From Clostridia bacterium (GTDB lineage Bacteria > Bacillota > Sulfobacillia > SLMV01): 64,000 bases of DNA. A program made the position numbers and the translations under genes. Below, piece by piece: positions 45,858 to 56,437 of the stretch. Location of the stretch: positions 276 through 64,275 of the forward strand of contig SLMV01000029.1 of NCBI GenBank assembly GCA_007133365.1, written 5' to 3'. How positions within the stretch are numbered: the first letter of the stretch is position 1; each line of letters opens with the position of its first letter. The notes beneath the pieces are model-generated. The model was not told the DNA's origin, did no database searches, and worked only from the letters and a program-made list of their open reading frames with translations.

Positions 45858-47082
45858 TCCTCGGCTCCTCCCAAACGATATCCGTTCCCGTGGGCAACAC
45901 CTGAACCCAGGTTTGTCCCGTTTTCAGTTGAGCGAGTTCCCCTTCTTCGTCAAAAAATCGAAGTGGTGAACGAAGATCCTGCTTTTCCCAGCGAACATCA
46001 GCGGTTCGACCGCCGCTTATTAAAAGCCCGGCCCCGTCTCCGGTGAAATCCATCCCGAGTCGACCCGCCGCATCACCCGGGAGTCGCCAGGTATCCACCC
46101 ACATGACGAGGACATTATCCGCCTTGAGGGGCTCGCCCGTATCCCGGTCGCGATAGGGATTCGCTCCGATCCATCGTTCATAGTGCTGCATCTTAGCCTG
46201 ATAGCGATACATCACTTCATATCCCATTGATCCCGGATAAACCAAGGTGAAGGAGGCCGCATCACCGACGTCATCATCTTGGATAACGTCTTGTGACGAT
46301 TCATCTTGAAAATCCCACATCGGCTCGGGAAGTGAATTTTCCTCCAACTCGCTCCCGGCGATTAGGTCGTGGCTCACCGCCAACCGGGTAAATAGCGTGT
46401 GTTCATACGGCACCCCTTCCTTCGGCTCCCGGAAAAAGCGACCTTGCCCCCAAAGATCATTGAGGACGTCAACACCGAGATCCCTTATGCCGGCATAAGC
46501 CCCCGGACTGCCACCACAATGGACCATGACAGCGTTTAGACCCAAGACCAAATCCAAATGATAATCACGCGCGCTCCGAACCGGGCCGACCACTTCGGGT
46601 TCCCCGGCCAAATAAACCGGCATAAGACGGGTTGCACCGCCTTCAACCAGCATTTCGAACACCACATCCGCCTCGATCACACCGCGATGCGGTCGCGCAT
46701 GTACATTATTATCCAACATTACCGCTAATGGGCGTCGCCGTGCGCGTGCTTCATCCACCCATTCACCACTCAGGGGATTTCGCTCCTGCCCCTCCCGAGA
46801 AATCACTTCTTCCTCCGGTTCGGGTTCCGGCTCCGGTTCGGGTTCAGGCGGGGTTTCTTCCGGCTCGGGCTCCGGCTCTTCTGGTATCGCCTGAGAGTCC
46901 CCAAAATCGCTCATTAGGAGCGTCAACGCAAAGAGTATACCAATGAGGATGACCACACCCCCGGCCCGCCATCCCTTGATTGGGAGTTTCTTCCACATAA
47001 CCGAACACCTCGCAATAGATCGATCGTCCCTCAGCGCCCTACGACTGCTTAAGCCCCCAAGCATTCGGCGGCAACAGGACAC
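45835..47082 (-). CDS. DUF3048-family (YerB-like) secreted or membrane-anchored protein with an (EP)n linker
   Basis: N-terminal TM/signal segment, then an EPEPEPEETPPEPEPEPEPEPEEE repeat, then a ~300-aa domain resembling Bacillus YerB/DUF3048. The real start is probably MWKKLP... Confidence 0.45.
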   Translation of the reverse strand: MSCCRRMLGGLSSRRALRDDRSIARCSVMWKKLPIKGWRAGGVVILIGILFALTLLMSDFGDSQAIPEEPEPEPEETPPEPEPEPEPEPEEEVISREGQERNPLSGEWVDEARARRRPLAVMLDNNVHARPHRGVIEADVVFEMLVEGGATRLMPVYLAGEPEVVGPVRSARDYHLDLVLGLNAVMVHCGGSPGAYAGIRDLGVDVLNDLWGQGRFFREPKEGVPYEHTLFTRLAVSHDLIAGSELEENSLPEPMWDFQDESSQDVIQDDDVGDAASFTLVYPGSMGYEVMYRYQAKMQHYERWIGANPYRDRDTGEPLKADNVLVMWVDTWRLPGDAAGRLGMDFTGDGAGLLISGGRTADVRWEKQDLRSPLRFFDEEGELAQLKTGQTWVQVLPTGTDIVWEEPRSESHEPE

Positions 47083-47539
47083 CCAAGGCGGAAAACGTCT
47101 GGCGATTCATTTCTTCTAACGCATCTTCATCTTGGTGATCCCAACCCAAGAGATGTAAAGTGCCGTGCCCAGACAAAAAAGCCAGTTCAAACAAGGAAGA
47201 ATGACCATACGCATCGGCATTTCGTGCCGCATAAGAAGGACATATTACAATATCACCCGCCAACTCAGCGTTTTCGGATGGTGTCTTTAATTCGTCCGGG
47301 CTCATCAGAGGAAAAGCCAACACATCAGTGACCTCATCGACTCCCCGATGATCTCGATTCAATCCTCTCATGGATTCTTCACCCACCAAGGATAAATCGA
47401 CCAAAACAGACGCCCCCTTTGGCGGTACAACCTCCGCCCTTTGAAACAAAGCACGAACCGTGCGACGCATCAAAGGCGGCGCTATCAGCGGCACATCATC
47501 CTCCACGCCGGTTTCAACTTCAACGCTGATCCGAATCAC
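47039..47539 (-). CDS. ybeY: rRNA maturation endoribonuclease YbeY
   Basis: HxxGxxH...H zinc motif (GTLHLLGWDH). 166 aa. Confidence 0.85.
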   Translation of the reverse strand: MIRISVEVETGVEDDVPLIAPPLMRRTVRALFQRAEVVPPKGASVLVDLSLVGEESMRGLNRDHRGVDEVTDVLAFPLMSPDELKTPSENAELAGDIVICPSYAARNADAYGHSSLFELAFLSGHGTLHLLGWDHQDEDALEEMNRQTFSALGVLLPPNAWGLKQS

Positions 47540-49739
47540 GATTGACCACCCCCTGATCTTCCTTCAGCCCCTGAATGATTTCCGGATATTCCAACCGTCG
47601 ATGAAAGGCACCACCTAAGACCTGACTGAAAACATCGGCAATGCGATCCAAATCCGAGAAGGTCAGGTCGCACTTATCGAGTTGTCCATCCTCTAGCCGT
47701 TCATGAATGATACTTCGCACCAAGGCACGGAGGCGATCCGGCGAAGGTCGCGATAGCGCCCGGGCCGAGGCTTCCGCTGCATCGGCTAGCATCAAGACGG
47801 CGCCCTCCTTCGTCCTAGGCCGCGGTCCGGGATAGCGGAATGTGCTGGGATCAACGTCCTCGCTCTCATTTTGTTCTCGTGAACGGGAGTAGAAGTAGGA
47901 ACATAGCATATTCCCATGGTGGGTCGCAATGAAATCAATAATCGCCTCAGGCAAGTCCTCTTCTCGCGCCAATTCCACCCCATCACGGACGTGGGAAATG
48001 ATGATCAAAGCACTCAGATTCGGTGATAACTTATCATGGGGATTCTCGCCGCCGAACTGATTTTCAATGAAGAGGTAAGGTCGGCGTATCTTTCCCACAT
48101 CATGATAATAAGCGCCCACTCGTGCGAGCAGTGAATCCCCCCCGATGGCCTCGACCGCCGGCTCCACCATGTTGGCCACCAAAATACTGTGATGATACGT
48201 ACCCGGTGCTTCCTCAAGCAATCGACGAAGAAGCGGCTGCGTCGGGCTGGCCAACTCCACCAATTTTATCGGTGTCATCATGCCGAAAAGCCCCTCTAAA
48301 AACGGAAGCGATCCGATGGCAAGCACTGCAGTCAGAAGGCCGTTGCCAGCACTCCACATGACATCGCGCCACAACGTCGGATCCATAAAGGAGGCGCCCC
48401 CTACATACTCATGATAGGCAAAGAGGATGGCCACATTAACCAAACTCACCATGAATCCGGCTCGCATAAAATCATTTCGGTCTTTGATGCGAGTCGCCGC
48501 AATTGCGGCCACGGTGGTGCTGGCAAATGCCACCAAGAACGGGGGCAGATCACCGCCCATAATGACGGCCATACTCAAAGCCAAAAGCAAACCAGCCAAA
48601 ACCGCAAGATTGCCATTTAACAGCACGGCGATCAACAAGGCACCCACACCAACTGGGGCCAGATACGGCGATACGATTAGGGCCAATCGGCTGATAAAGA
48701 GGGTGCCGAGGACCAACATCCCCAAAAGAACCAATTGGGACTCCGATGCAAAAACGTCCGGATGCAATCGATAGGTATACGCAGCCAAGATGGCAAGAAG
48801 GATGAGCGAAAAGAAAAAGGCCCCTAAATAGATGCGCCAAACTCCGTTTTCCGCGAGCACCCCGGCATCCCGAAGGCGAATCATATCGTCCGGAGTAATA
48901 ATTTGACCATCCGGTACAATAACCTGACCCGGAAGGATTATCTCAGGATCAACCGCTTCCGCTGCTTCTTCTCGACGGGCCTCGGTTTCCGCTTCGTCGA
49001 GGAACATGTTCGGCTCAATCAAAGGAGCGCCGGTATCCTTCAATAGATCAATCAAGGGTTGGGGCAGCTCGGAACGCCCCAAATTCTCGCGAAATTGCTC
49101 ACGGAAATTGTCAACGTTGTCCGGTTTGACGCCCTGGGCGAATATAAAACTCAACAAGTTATCCGTAAGATCCTCCGCGTCGTCGATGACCTCCTCCGGA
49201 CCGAGGATCAGCGTATCCACTTGGTCTTCTTGGAGCTCGAAATCAATGACATTTCGGAGGCGTCTCGCCAACAAGCGCCGACTTTCCGGAGATATCGCGT
49301 CCGCCTCGACTTCTTCTTCATCAATCATCTGCCGGGCAGCTCGAATCGTCGCAAATAGCGATTCCATCTCAGCCAATGCCTCGCGCGACACTTCGGGATC
49401 TTGTTCGTAGACCTCCGAAACCTCGGCCATCGCCTCCTCTCGCCGTCGCTCGGTGGTCGGCCGGTCCACAAATTCTGTGGGCGCCTTGATGTTCTCCGGA
49501 GCAGGCTCCCCTACGGACACGTCAAGTCGCTGAGGAAGGACAGTACTGGCAAACACCAAGGTCAAAAGCAATACGAAGAGAAGAAGCCAAGCCGTTCGGC
49601 GCACGGAGGAACTTTCCTTAAAGGGTTGGGAAAAAAAGCGTTTGAACGCCTCCTTTAGCCGAACCGATGTCCGATCCTTTCGGCGCCGGGGTTTTCGGCT
49701 CCACTTAGTCTTCGTCTTGTTTCCGGTCATATCGTTCAT
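47520..49739 (-). CDS. pgpH: 7TM-receptor HD phosphohydrolase (PgpH/YqfF, cyclic-di-AMP phosphodiesterase family)
   Basis: An N-terminal extracellular domain, seven TM helices, and a C-terminal HD domain (HSILVANM...YHDVGK). Sits in the conserved phoH–yqfF–ybeY position. Confidence 0.8.
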   Translation of the reverse strand: MNDMTGNKTKTKWSRKPRRRKDRTSVRLKEAFKRFFSQPFKESSSVRRTAWLLLFVLLLTLVFASTVLPQRLDVSVGEPAPENIKAPTEFVDRPTTERRREEAMAEVSEVYEQDPEVSREALAEMESLFATIRAARQMIDEEEVEADAISPESRRLLARRLRNVIDFELQEDQVDTLILGPEEVIDDAEDLTDNLLSFIFAQGVKPDNVDNFREQFRENLGRSELPQPLIDLLKDTGAPLIEPNMFLDEAETEARREEAAEAVDPEIILPGQVIVPDGQIITPDDMIRLRDAGVLAENGVWRIYLGAFFFSLILLAILAAYTYRLHPDVFASESQLVLLGMLVLGTLFISRLALIVSPYLAPVGVGALLIAVLLNGNLAVLAGLLLALSMAVIMGGDLPPFLVAFASTTVAAIAATRIKDRNDFMRAGFMVSLVNVAILFAYHEYVGGASFMDPTLWRDVMWSAGNGLLTAVLAIGSLPFLEGLFGMMTPIKLVELASPTQPLLRRLLEEAPGTYHHSILVANMVEPAVEAIGGDSLLARVGAYYHDVGKIRRPYLFIENQFGGENPHDKLSPNLSALIIISHVRDGVELAREEDLPEAIIDFIATHHGNMLCSYFYSRSREQNESEDVDPSTFRYPGPRPRTKEGAVLMLADAAEASARALSRPSPDRLRALVRSIIHERLEDGQLDKCDLTFSDLDRIADVFSQVLGGAFHRRLEYPEIIQGLKEDQGVVNRDSDQR

Positions 49740-50715
49740 AAGCTTTTATGATCTCCGTAACTAACGGATGTCGAACCACATCGCGTTCGGTGAGATAAAC
49801 TATTTCGATCCCTTTGATGTCCTTCAAGATTTCCTGCACTTGAACCAATCCACTGGTTCCGCGCTCAAGGTCGATCTGCGTCACGTCGCCGGTCACAACG
49901 ACCTGAGAACCAAAACCCTGACGCGTGAGAAACATCTTCATCTGTTCCGTCGTTGTATTTTGCGCTTCATCCAAGATGATGAACGAATCATCCAGCGTCC
50001 GTCCGCGCATATAAGCCAAAGGCGCAACCTCTATAATACCGCGGCTCATCCCTTTCTCAAAGCGAGCCGCCCCTAAAATATCATATAGAGCATCATACAG
50101 TGGACGAAGATATGGGTCCACCTTCTCCTGAAGATCGCCGGGAAGAAATCCGAGATGCTCGCCCGCTTCAACGGCCGGCCGGGTTAGAATAATCCGGCTG
50201 ACGGCTCCCGACTTGAGGGCCGCATTGGCTTGTGCCATTGCCAAGTAAGTCTTACCGGTGCCCGCCGGCCCAATGGCAAAGACAATCGGATTACCGCGCA
50301 TGGCCTCAATATACTTTCGCTGCCCCTTTGTCATGGGCGCAATTCGTTTACCGCGCGCTGCGGTGATGATGGTGTCATCATAAATCTCTTCTAAGGGATT
50401 CTCATCGCCCCGGCGGGTCAGGTTGATCGCGTACAGTATAAGTTGTTCCGTTAGCTCATTGCCGGAAAGTAGCGCTGATTGGAGTCGTTCGAGAAGCCGC
50501 TTGACTTGCCCCACCGCCTCGGGCGGTCCGATAATGGTCAGCTCGTTGCCACGACTCACAAGCCGGACCGGGAAATGATCTTCCACTAAATCAAGATGAC
50601 GGTCCCCTTGCCCAAAAAGCTGCATGGCATGCGAGTTATCCTCCACCACAAATTGATGTTGCACCACATTTTCCTGATCCGAAAAGTCTTGCAAAGGGCT
50701 TATGCTCACTCCCAA
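49705..50715 (-). CDS. phoH: PhoH-like ATPase
   Basis: Walker A FAIGPAGTGKTYLA and a C-terminal PhoH domain. Confidence 0.85.
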   Translation of the reverse strand: MGVSISPLQDFSDQENVVQHQFVVEDNSHAMQLFGQGDRHLDLVEDHFPVRLVSRGNELTIIGPPEAVGQVKRLLERLQSALLSGNELTEQLILYAINLTRRGDENPLEEIYDDTIITAARGKRIAPMTKGQRKYIEAMRGNPIVFAIGPAGTGKTYLAMAQANAALKSGAVSRIILTRPAVEAGEHLGFLPGDLQEKVDPYLRPLYDALYDILGAARFEKGMSRGIIEVAPLAYMRGRTLDDSFIILDEAQNTTTEQMKMFLTRQGFGSQVVVTGDVTQIDLERGTSGLVQVQEILKDIKGIEIVYLTERDVVRHPLVTEIIKAYERYDRKQDED

Positions 50716-51020
50716 CTATCAGGTCATAACAAATCGACCCAAAATCGATCCAAATAGATTTGAAAATATCGTCGGTCGAAACATGAGCCGAACCAGCGAC
50801 TCATCAGATTCCGCGCGCTTGCTCTTCCCTTCATAATTCGAGCCGACGATCGGGGACTCCTCTATTCTACCCGTCCGTGGTTATCGAAGCGGTTCCGTGA
50901 AGATCCACCAAACGCCGCCCGGACCCCAAACCCTTCGAGTGCCAAATCGATTGCTTCCGGACGATGCGGCAAAGGATTCTCACGAAGGGCTTTAGCCTGT
51001 CAGAACGTCCTAGGCTTTTC

Positions 51021-51428
51021 TCACTTCCCGAAGGGGTGATACGGTCGTTTTGAACGCGGCGGTCCCAAAACTTCCGACATGATGATGCCGAGTTGGACGT
51101 CCCGCGCCGATAGTTCGGAAGCAAAAAGCGAAGCGCCTCGCACAGCCGATTGCCCCGGTCGACGGCCTTGTGCCGGATGCGTTTCTTTGGGGTTCGATGG
51201 CGATGCCTCGTTTGAATCCGAGGCTTTCGTTTTCTCCTCAGAACGCTTCGACGGTCCTGCCTCCGATTTGACAGATCGATCCGGCCGTTCCTGCGGATAG
51301 GATCGGTTCAAGTTTTGATATGCCGCACTTTCTTCCTTTTTTGGGATATCCCGACCCGAACCTTCCCGAATCTGACTTCGTACCAAACTAAAGACGATCC
51401 ACGCCACGACCACGATGATGAGCTCCAT
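51021..51428 (-). CDS. hypothetical N-terminally membrane-anchored protein with a disordered Ser/Glu/Lys-rich tail (occupies the yqfB-like slot)
   Basis: 135 aa. One N-terminal TM helix (LIIVVVAWIVFSLV), then low-complexity sequence. Sits between floA and phoH, where Bacillus has yqfB/yqfC/yqfD. Confidence 0.3.
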   Translation of the reverse strand: MELIIVVVAWIVFSLVRSQIREGSGRDIPKKEESAAYQNLNRSYPQERPDRSVKSEAGPSKRSEEKTKASDSNEASPSNPKETHPAQGRRPGQSAVRGASLFASELSARDVQLGIIMSEVLGPPRSKRPYHPFGK

Positions 51429-51468
51429 GGCAACGCACCTCCCGACCCAAAATTCTGTTCACCTCGGG

Positions 51469-52497
51469 TTATTCCGTCAAGTCCCCCTCAGAACCGCGTC
51501 TTGGTTTGTCGTCCGGTCCCAAATCGGAAATCGATTGGCGCATGCCAGTATCCGCCTGAAGATTTCGAAGGGCGTAGTAATCCATAACCCCGAGGTTGCC
51601 TTCGCGAAATGCTGCTGCGATGGCCATCGGAATCTCGGCTTCAGCCTCGACAACCCGAGCTTGCATCTCTTCAACCCGTGCCTTCATCTCACGTTCTGTG
51701 GCCACCGCCATGGCGCGCCGCTCCTCTGCCTTTGCTTGAGCAATCCGCTTATCCGCCTCAGCCCGATCACTTTGAAGCGCAGCACCGATATTGCGCCCGA
51801 TATCCACATCCGCAATATCGATCGATAAAATTTCAAAGGCGGTTCCGGCATCCAACCCCTTCTCCAAAACCGTCGAGGAAATAGAATCGGGATTCTCCAA
51901 CACGGCCTCATGGTTTCGCGCGGAGCCAACCGTCGTCACAATTCCTTCACCCACTCGGGCAATGATGGTATCCTCGCCCGCACCCCCGATGAGTCGGTCG
52001 ATGTTGGCCCGTACCGTCACCCGGGCCTTTGCTTTAACCTCAATACCATCCTTGGCGACCGCTGCCACCACCGGCGTCTCGATGACTTTCGGATTTACCG
52101 ACATTTGCACGGCTTGTAACACGTCTCGTCCGGCCAGATCAATCGCTGCGGCCCGTTCAAACCCCAGGTCAATCTCCGCACGTTGAGCGGCAATTAACGC
52201 ATCAACAACCCGGTCAACGTTACCCCCCGCAAGATAGTGGGCCTCCAGTTTATCCCCGATCAATCCCAAACCCGCCTTGTTGGCCTTGATAAGCGGAATG
52301 ATAATGCGGTTGGGTGGAATGCGTCGCAACCGCATGCCAATCAGATTAAAAATGCTGACGCGAACACCCGCCGCCAACGCGGAGATCCATAAACCCAAGG
52401 GAATAAAACTCAAGACCACTACCACGGCGACTAGCACTAAAAACGCCGCAATCAGCGTATACATCAAACCTTCCATCGAACCCCACACCCCTCTCAT
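51469..52497 (-). CDS. floA: flotillin-like protein FloA (YqfA, UPF0365)
   Basis: Near-collinear with B. subtilis YqfA ([23 protein letters not shown]...[12 protein letters not shown]...[26 protein letters not shown]...). Confidence 0.85.
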   Translation of the reverse strand: MRGVWGSMEGLMYTLIAAFLVLVAVVVVLSFIPLGLWISALAAGVRVSIFNLIGMRLRRIPPNRIIIPLIKANKAGLGLIGDKLEAHYLAGGNVDRVVDALIAAQRAEIDLGFERAAAIDLAGRDVLQAVQMSVNPKVIETPVVAAVAKDGIEVKAKARVTVRANIDRLIGGAGEDTIIARVGEGIVTTVGSARNHEAVLENPDSISSTVLEKGLDAGTAFEILSIDIADVDIGRNIGAALQSDRAEADKRIAQAKAEERRAMAVATEREMKARVEEMQARVVEAEAEIPMAIAAAFREGNLGVMDYYALRNLQADTGMRQSISDLGPDDKPRRGSEGDLTE

Positions 52498-53921
52498 TCG
52501 TCCCCATCGATCTTTTTGACAATGACACGTCGCCCTTCAACTTCGATCACGCGAATGCGAGCACCCTTGGCAATAAACTCGCCACTGGTCACCACATCCA
52601 CTCGGTTTTCCCCGACATCGGCCGTTCCGGCCGGTCGAAGTGGGGTCAACGCCGTTCCCGTCTCGCCTTTGAGCGAGCGGAGATTGGGAATGCCGACGTA
52701 GCCCTTTTCCTTGGCCTCATCGGCCTGAAGCGTCAGTTTGCGAAATAGCGGAAGACGCGAACCCAAACGCATAAGAATCAAAAGCGTCACTCCAATGGTC
52801 ACAGCAGCAACAATCAAGGACCAGGTGGCCGCCTCGGGAGTCGGCGACGCCAGATAAATGCTGGCGACCATGGTCAAAATTCCGCCGATCCCCAAAACAC
52901 CGAAACCGGCAGCAAAAACCTCGGTCGTCAACAACCCCACCCCCACGAGAAACAACACGACGATGGAAAGCGGGGCATAACCGGCCGCCACATGGCCCAA
53001 GAAATAGGCCAGTAGCGACGCTACGCCGAGCAGGCCGGGGAAGCCGAAGCCCGGCATGAAGAGTTCCACGATAATGCCGATGAATCCCAAGGCCAAAATG
53101 ATAGGCGCAACCACCGGTGCCGTGACCAGCTGGGCGAAACGATCCAGAGTCGTCGGTTCGAGATTCACCATCTCTCCACCCGAAAAGCCCAAAAGCGCCA
53201 ATGCCGACTGAGCATCCTCCGCAATTCCATCGATCAGCTCCAGCTCTTCAGATTGTTCAGCCGACAACGAAAGGAGCGCTCCCGTATCAATGATCCCTGG
53301 TATGGCGATACGCTGATCCACCATGGCCGCCGCCAGTTGGGGATCGCGGTCCTGTCGCTTGGCCGTTGCTTCCATTTCTGCTCGCCAGGCCGAGAGAATC
53401 TTTTCATCGGCCGGGCGCGTCTCGGCTGCACCCAACGATGCACCCGATCGCATCACCACGTGATCACAGGCCAACGTTATTAGGACGCCGGCAGACCAGG
53501 CCCGGTTGCGAACAAAAGCCACGGTGGTCAACGGCGTATCAATGAGGATATCGCGCATTTGTAGCGCCGACTCCACGAACCCCCCAAGGGTAGAAATCTC
53601 TAACAAGAGAACGTCGGCCTCCGCCGCCTCCGCTTGTGCTACCTGCCGCCGAAGCGTTGCGACCATCCCCGCATCCACGGTACCATCAACCGAAACAATG
53701 ACCGCCGAATTGGCGTTTCCAGGCATCGCAATCTCCGACGCGGCAGCCGGTTCTTCCAACACGACGCCACCGATTAACGCGGCGACCATCAATGCGATCA
53801 ATAAGCGGCCTAACATCCTATCCATTCGTTCCTCCGATCTCTTCCACCGAGCCCGGCGCCTCTTCGGAGGTGACCCCGATGGATCCTTCCTCGGCCCTGT
53901 CCCCTTTCGAAAAACGGGCAC
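52494..53921 (-). CDS. NfeD-family membrane-bound ClpP-class serine protease (YqeZ-like), flotillin partner
   Basis: N-terminal ClpP/crotonase-like domain ([12 protein letters not shown]...[10 protein letters not shown]), then TM helices and a C-terminal OB domain. Overlaps floA by 4 bp. The likely start is the internal Met ~53825. Confidence 0.75.
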   Translation of the reverse strand: MPVFRKGTGPRKDPSGSPPKRRRARWKRSEERMDRMLGRLLIALMVAALIGGVVLEEPAAASEIAMPGNANSAVIVSVDGTVDAGMVATLRRQVAQAEAAEADVLLLEISTLGGFVESALQMRDILIDTPLTTVAFVRNRAWSAGVLITLACDHVVMRSGASLGAAETRPADEKILSAWRAEMEATAKRQDRDPQLAAAMVDQRIAIPGIIDTGALLSLSAEQSEELELIDGIAEDAQSALALLGFSGGEMVNLEPTTLDRFAQLVTAPVVAPIILALGFIGIIVELFMPGFGFPGLLGVASLLAYFLGHVAAGYAPLSIVVLFLVGVGLLTTEVFAAGFGVLGIGGILTMVASIYLASPTPEAATWSLIVAAVTIGVTLLILMRLGSRLPLFRKLTLQADEAKEKGYVGIPNLRSLKGETGTALTPLRPAGTADVGENRVDVVTSGEFIAKGARIRVIEVEGRRVIVKKIDGDE

Positions 53922-55014
53922 GGGCCAAATTCAGTAATTCGTTAATCAATTCCGAAAACGTCATCCCGTCCGCACTCCAAAGACGCGGATACATGCTGCG
54001 CTTGGTAAACCCCGGAATGGTGTTGATCTCATTGATCAGCAAACGATTTGTCGGTTCCTGATAAAACAAGTCAACGCGCGCTAGACCGGACGCATCGACG
54101 GCACGAAATGCCGAGCAGGCGAGCTGGCGACTTCGTTCTGCCACCGCTTTCGGCACCGATGCGGGGATCACCAATTGCGTGCGATCATCCCAGTACTTTG
54201 ACTGATAATCGTAGAACTCGCCCCCGGGAATGACTTCACCAGGTCCCGCCACACGAAGTTCGCTGTTACCCAAAACACTGCACTCCAGTTCCCGGACTTC
54301 GACCACTGCCGCCTCAATGATCACCTTCCGATCCATGCCCCCTGCCAACCGAAGGGCCGGTCCCAATTGCTCGCGTTCTGTCACTTTCACCACACCCAAA
54401 CTCGACCCGAGCGCTGCCGGTTTGACAAAGCAGGGAAATCCGAAGGTTTCGCTCACGTGATCAGAAATGGTTTCTTCCCTGCCGATAATGTCCCGACTCG
54501 GGACCGATAAAAAATCCGGGATTGGAAGCCCTGACGCTCGAAAGAGCCGTTTCATCAAGAGTTTATCCATGGCAGCGCCCGACGCTGCCACTCCCGCTCC
54601 TACGTAAGGAATGGAAAGAATCTCAAGCAATCCCTGAACCGCCCCATCTTCGCCAAAGGGCCCATGTAAAACCGGAAAGATAACATCGAGATGAAGGGGT
54701 TCAAGGCGATCCCCCAGCAATAATCCGCCCGATTTCCCCGGTATCAGCCGAATACGCCGACCGTCCATCACAACATCGGGAATGCCCTCGGCAAACAAAG
54801 GACGCGGGTCTTTGACATAATACCAGTCCCCGCCTCGGGTAATGGGAATGGCATGGGGTGAAAACTGGTCGCGATCAATGGCATCCCATACCGCCGCTGC
54901 CGACATCAACGAAACCTCATGTTCACCTGAGGGACCACCAAAAAGAATTCCGACATCCACTCGGTCATCGGAACATGTCATGGATATAGGCTCCTCCCCT
55001 CTTGACGGACCCAT
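53818..55014 (-). CDS. ddl: D-alanine--D-alanine ligase
   Basis: N-terminal VGILFGGPSGEHEVSLMSA and ATP-grasp motifs. Confidence 0.85.
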   Translation of the reverse strand: MGPSRGEEPISMTCSDDRVDVGILFGGPSGEHEVSLMSAAAVWDAIDRDQFSPHAIPITRGGDWYYVKDPRPLFAEGIPDVVMDGRRIRLIPGKSGGLLLGDRLEPLHLDVIFPVLHGPFGEDGAVQGLLEILSIPYVGAGVAASGAAMDKLLMKRLFRASGLPIPDFLSVPSRDIIGREETISDHVSETFGFPCFVKPAALGSSLGVVKVTEREQLGPALRLAGGMDRKVIIEAAVVEVRELECSVLGNSELRVAGPGEVIPGGEFYDYQSKYWDDRTQLVIPASVPKAVAERSRQLACSAFRAVDASGLARVDLFYQEPTNRLLINEINTIPGFTKRSMYPRLWSADGMTFSELINELLNLARARFSKGDRAEEGSIGVTSEEAPGSVEEIGGTNG

Positions 55015-55048
55015 CGGTCGCTTGATGCTGATAAACGTGTTCGGTCCA

Positions 55049-56437
55049 TCAAGTGGATTTTAATTGCACAAAACATCCCTGGCTATTCGAGGATCGAATG
55101 CGGACGCAAACCGTCTGGCCAAGCGAAAGCTCCGCCTCACTCGCAATCCAAACCGGAACATAATTCCTGCTGTACCCATAATAGCAGACCCCTCTTGTCT
55201 TGGGCAGGGGAAACGGGACCTTCTCAATCGGATGCTTTTGCTCCACCAAGACCTCGAGCAATTCCCCCTGTTGTTGACGATGAAAACGCTCCGCCAGTTC
55301 TTGGGCCTTTCCCAACATTTCATCGCGACGCCGTCGCTTTACATCCGATGCGACCGGATCCGGCATTCTTTTCGCCATGGTCTTGGGTCGCGGCGAAAAA
55401 GGAAAGACGTGCACCCGTGAAAATCCCAGTTTCTCAATTAAAGCCAGGGTCGCCTCGTGATCGGATTCTTGTTCCCCGGGAAAACCGACCAGCACATCCG
55501 TCGTCACTCCGATGTTGGGCATTAGCCGACGCGCAAACACCACGATATCTTGAAGTTCAGCCGTCGTATAACGGCGTCCCATGGCCTTTAAAATGCGGTC
55601 ACTGCCGCTTTGCAAGGGAAGGTGCAAATGTTCCACCACACGCGGCGCCTTTGCCATCACCAAAAGGAGCGAACGATCAAGGTCCATCGGCTCGATTGAG
55701 CTTAATCGCAAACGCCAATCCCCGTCGATTTCTGCCAGACGGGCCACCAGTGCCGATAAGGAACCTTCCCCCCCGACACTTCGCTCATAAGCGCCCAAAT
55801 GAGTCCCTGCCAACACAATCTCGCGATGCCCCTGTCCGACCAACGCTTCGACATCATCCAAAATGGCAGCCGGTGCCCGACTTCGCATCGGTCCTCGTAC
55901 GTAAGGAACCACACAGTAATGGCAAAACTCATCACAGCCTTCTTGTGCCTTTACAATGGGGCGTGAAGAAGGAGGAAGCACCGACTCAGACGGTAGTGGG
56001 TCGCCGGGTGCGGGTGGAGGTTTCACCATTTCTAAAACTTGCTCAACCAATCGATCCCGGTCACGGATCCCGATGATGGCATCGAAAGGTAAGGCATCAA
56101 AAATCGAACGCTGAGACGTGGGCAAAGAGGGGCGCATTTCCGGATAGCAACCGGCCAAGATAATCAACGCCTCGGGTTCACGACGCCGGATCTTTCGAAC
56201 GGTTTGGCGTGACTTTTGTGCCGCCGTCGTCGTCACTACGCACGAATTGATAATATAGACATCCGCTGACGCCTCGAAGGGTACGATCTCAAAACCGTGC
56301 GCTTGGAGACGCTTCTGAAAAGCCGCCGTGTCGGACTGATTCACCTTGCATCCCAAGGTGTGAAAAGCCGCTCGATGTCTTGCTACTCGCGACATGCGGT
56401 CGCTCCTTCCCGTCGAAGGGAAATCGCCTCCCAGCAT
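55049..56437 (-). CDS. mtaB: radical-SAM methylthiotransferase, MtaB-like (tRNA t6A37 methylthiotransferase)
   Basis: N-terminal UPF0004 domain with Cys in GCKVNQSD...INSCVV..., a radical-SAM CxxxCxxC (CDEFCHYC), and a TRAM C-terminus. Sits downstream of dnaJ–prmA, like yqeV in Bacillus. Confidence 0.65.
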   Translation of the reverse strand: MLGGDFPSTGRSDRMSRVARHRAAFHTLGCKVNQSDTAAFQKRLQAHGFEIVPFEASADVYIINSCVVTTTAAQKSRQTVRKIRRREPEALIILAGCYPEMRPSLPTSQRSIFDALPFDAIIGIRDRDRLVEQVLEMVKPPPAPGDPLPSESVLPPSSRPIVKAQEGCDEFCHYCVVPYVRGPMRSRAPAAILDDVEALVGQGHREIVLAGTHLGAYERSVGGEGSLSALVARLAEIDGDWRLRLSSIEPMDLDRSLLLVMAKAPRVVEHLHLPLQSGSDRILKAMGRRYTTAELQDIVVFARRLMPNIGVTTDVLVGFPGEQESDHEATLALIEKLGFSRVHVFPFSPRPKTMAKRMPDPVASDVKRRRRDEMLGKAQELAERFHRQQQGELLEVLVEQKHPIEKVPFPLPKTRGVCYYGYSRNYVPVWIASEAELSLGQTVCVRIRSSNSQGCFVQLKST

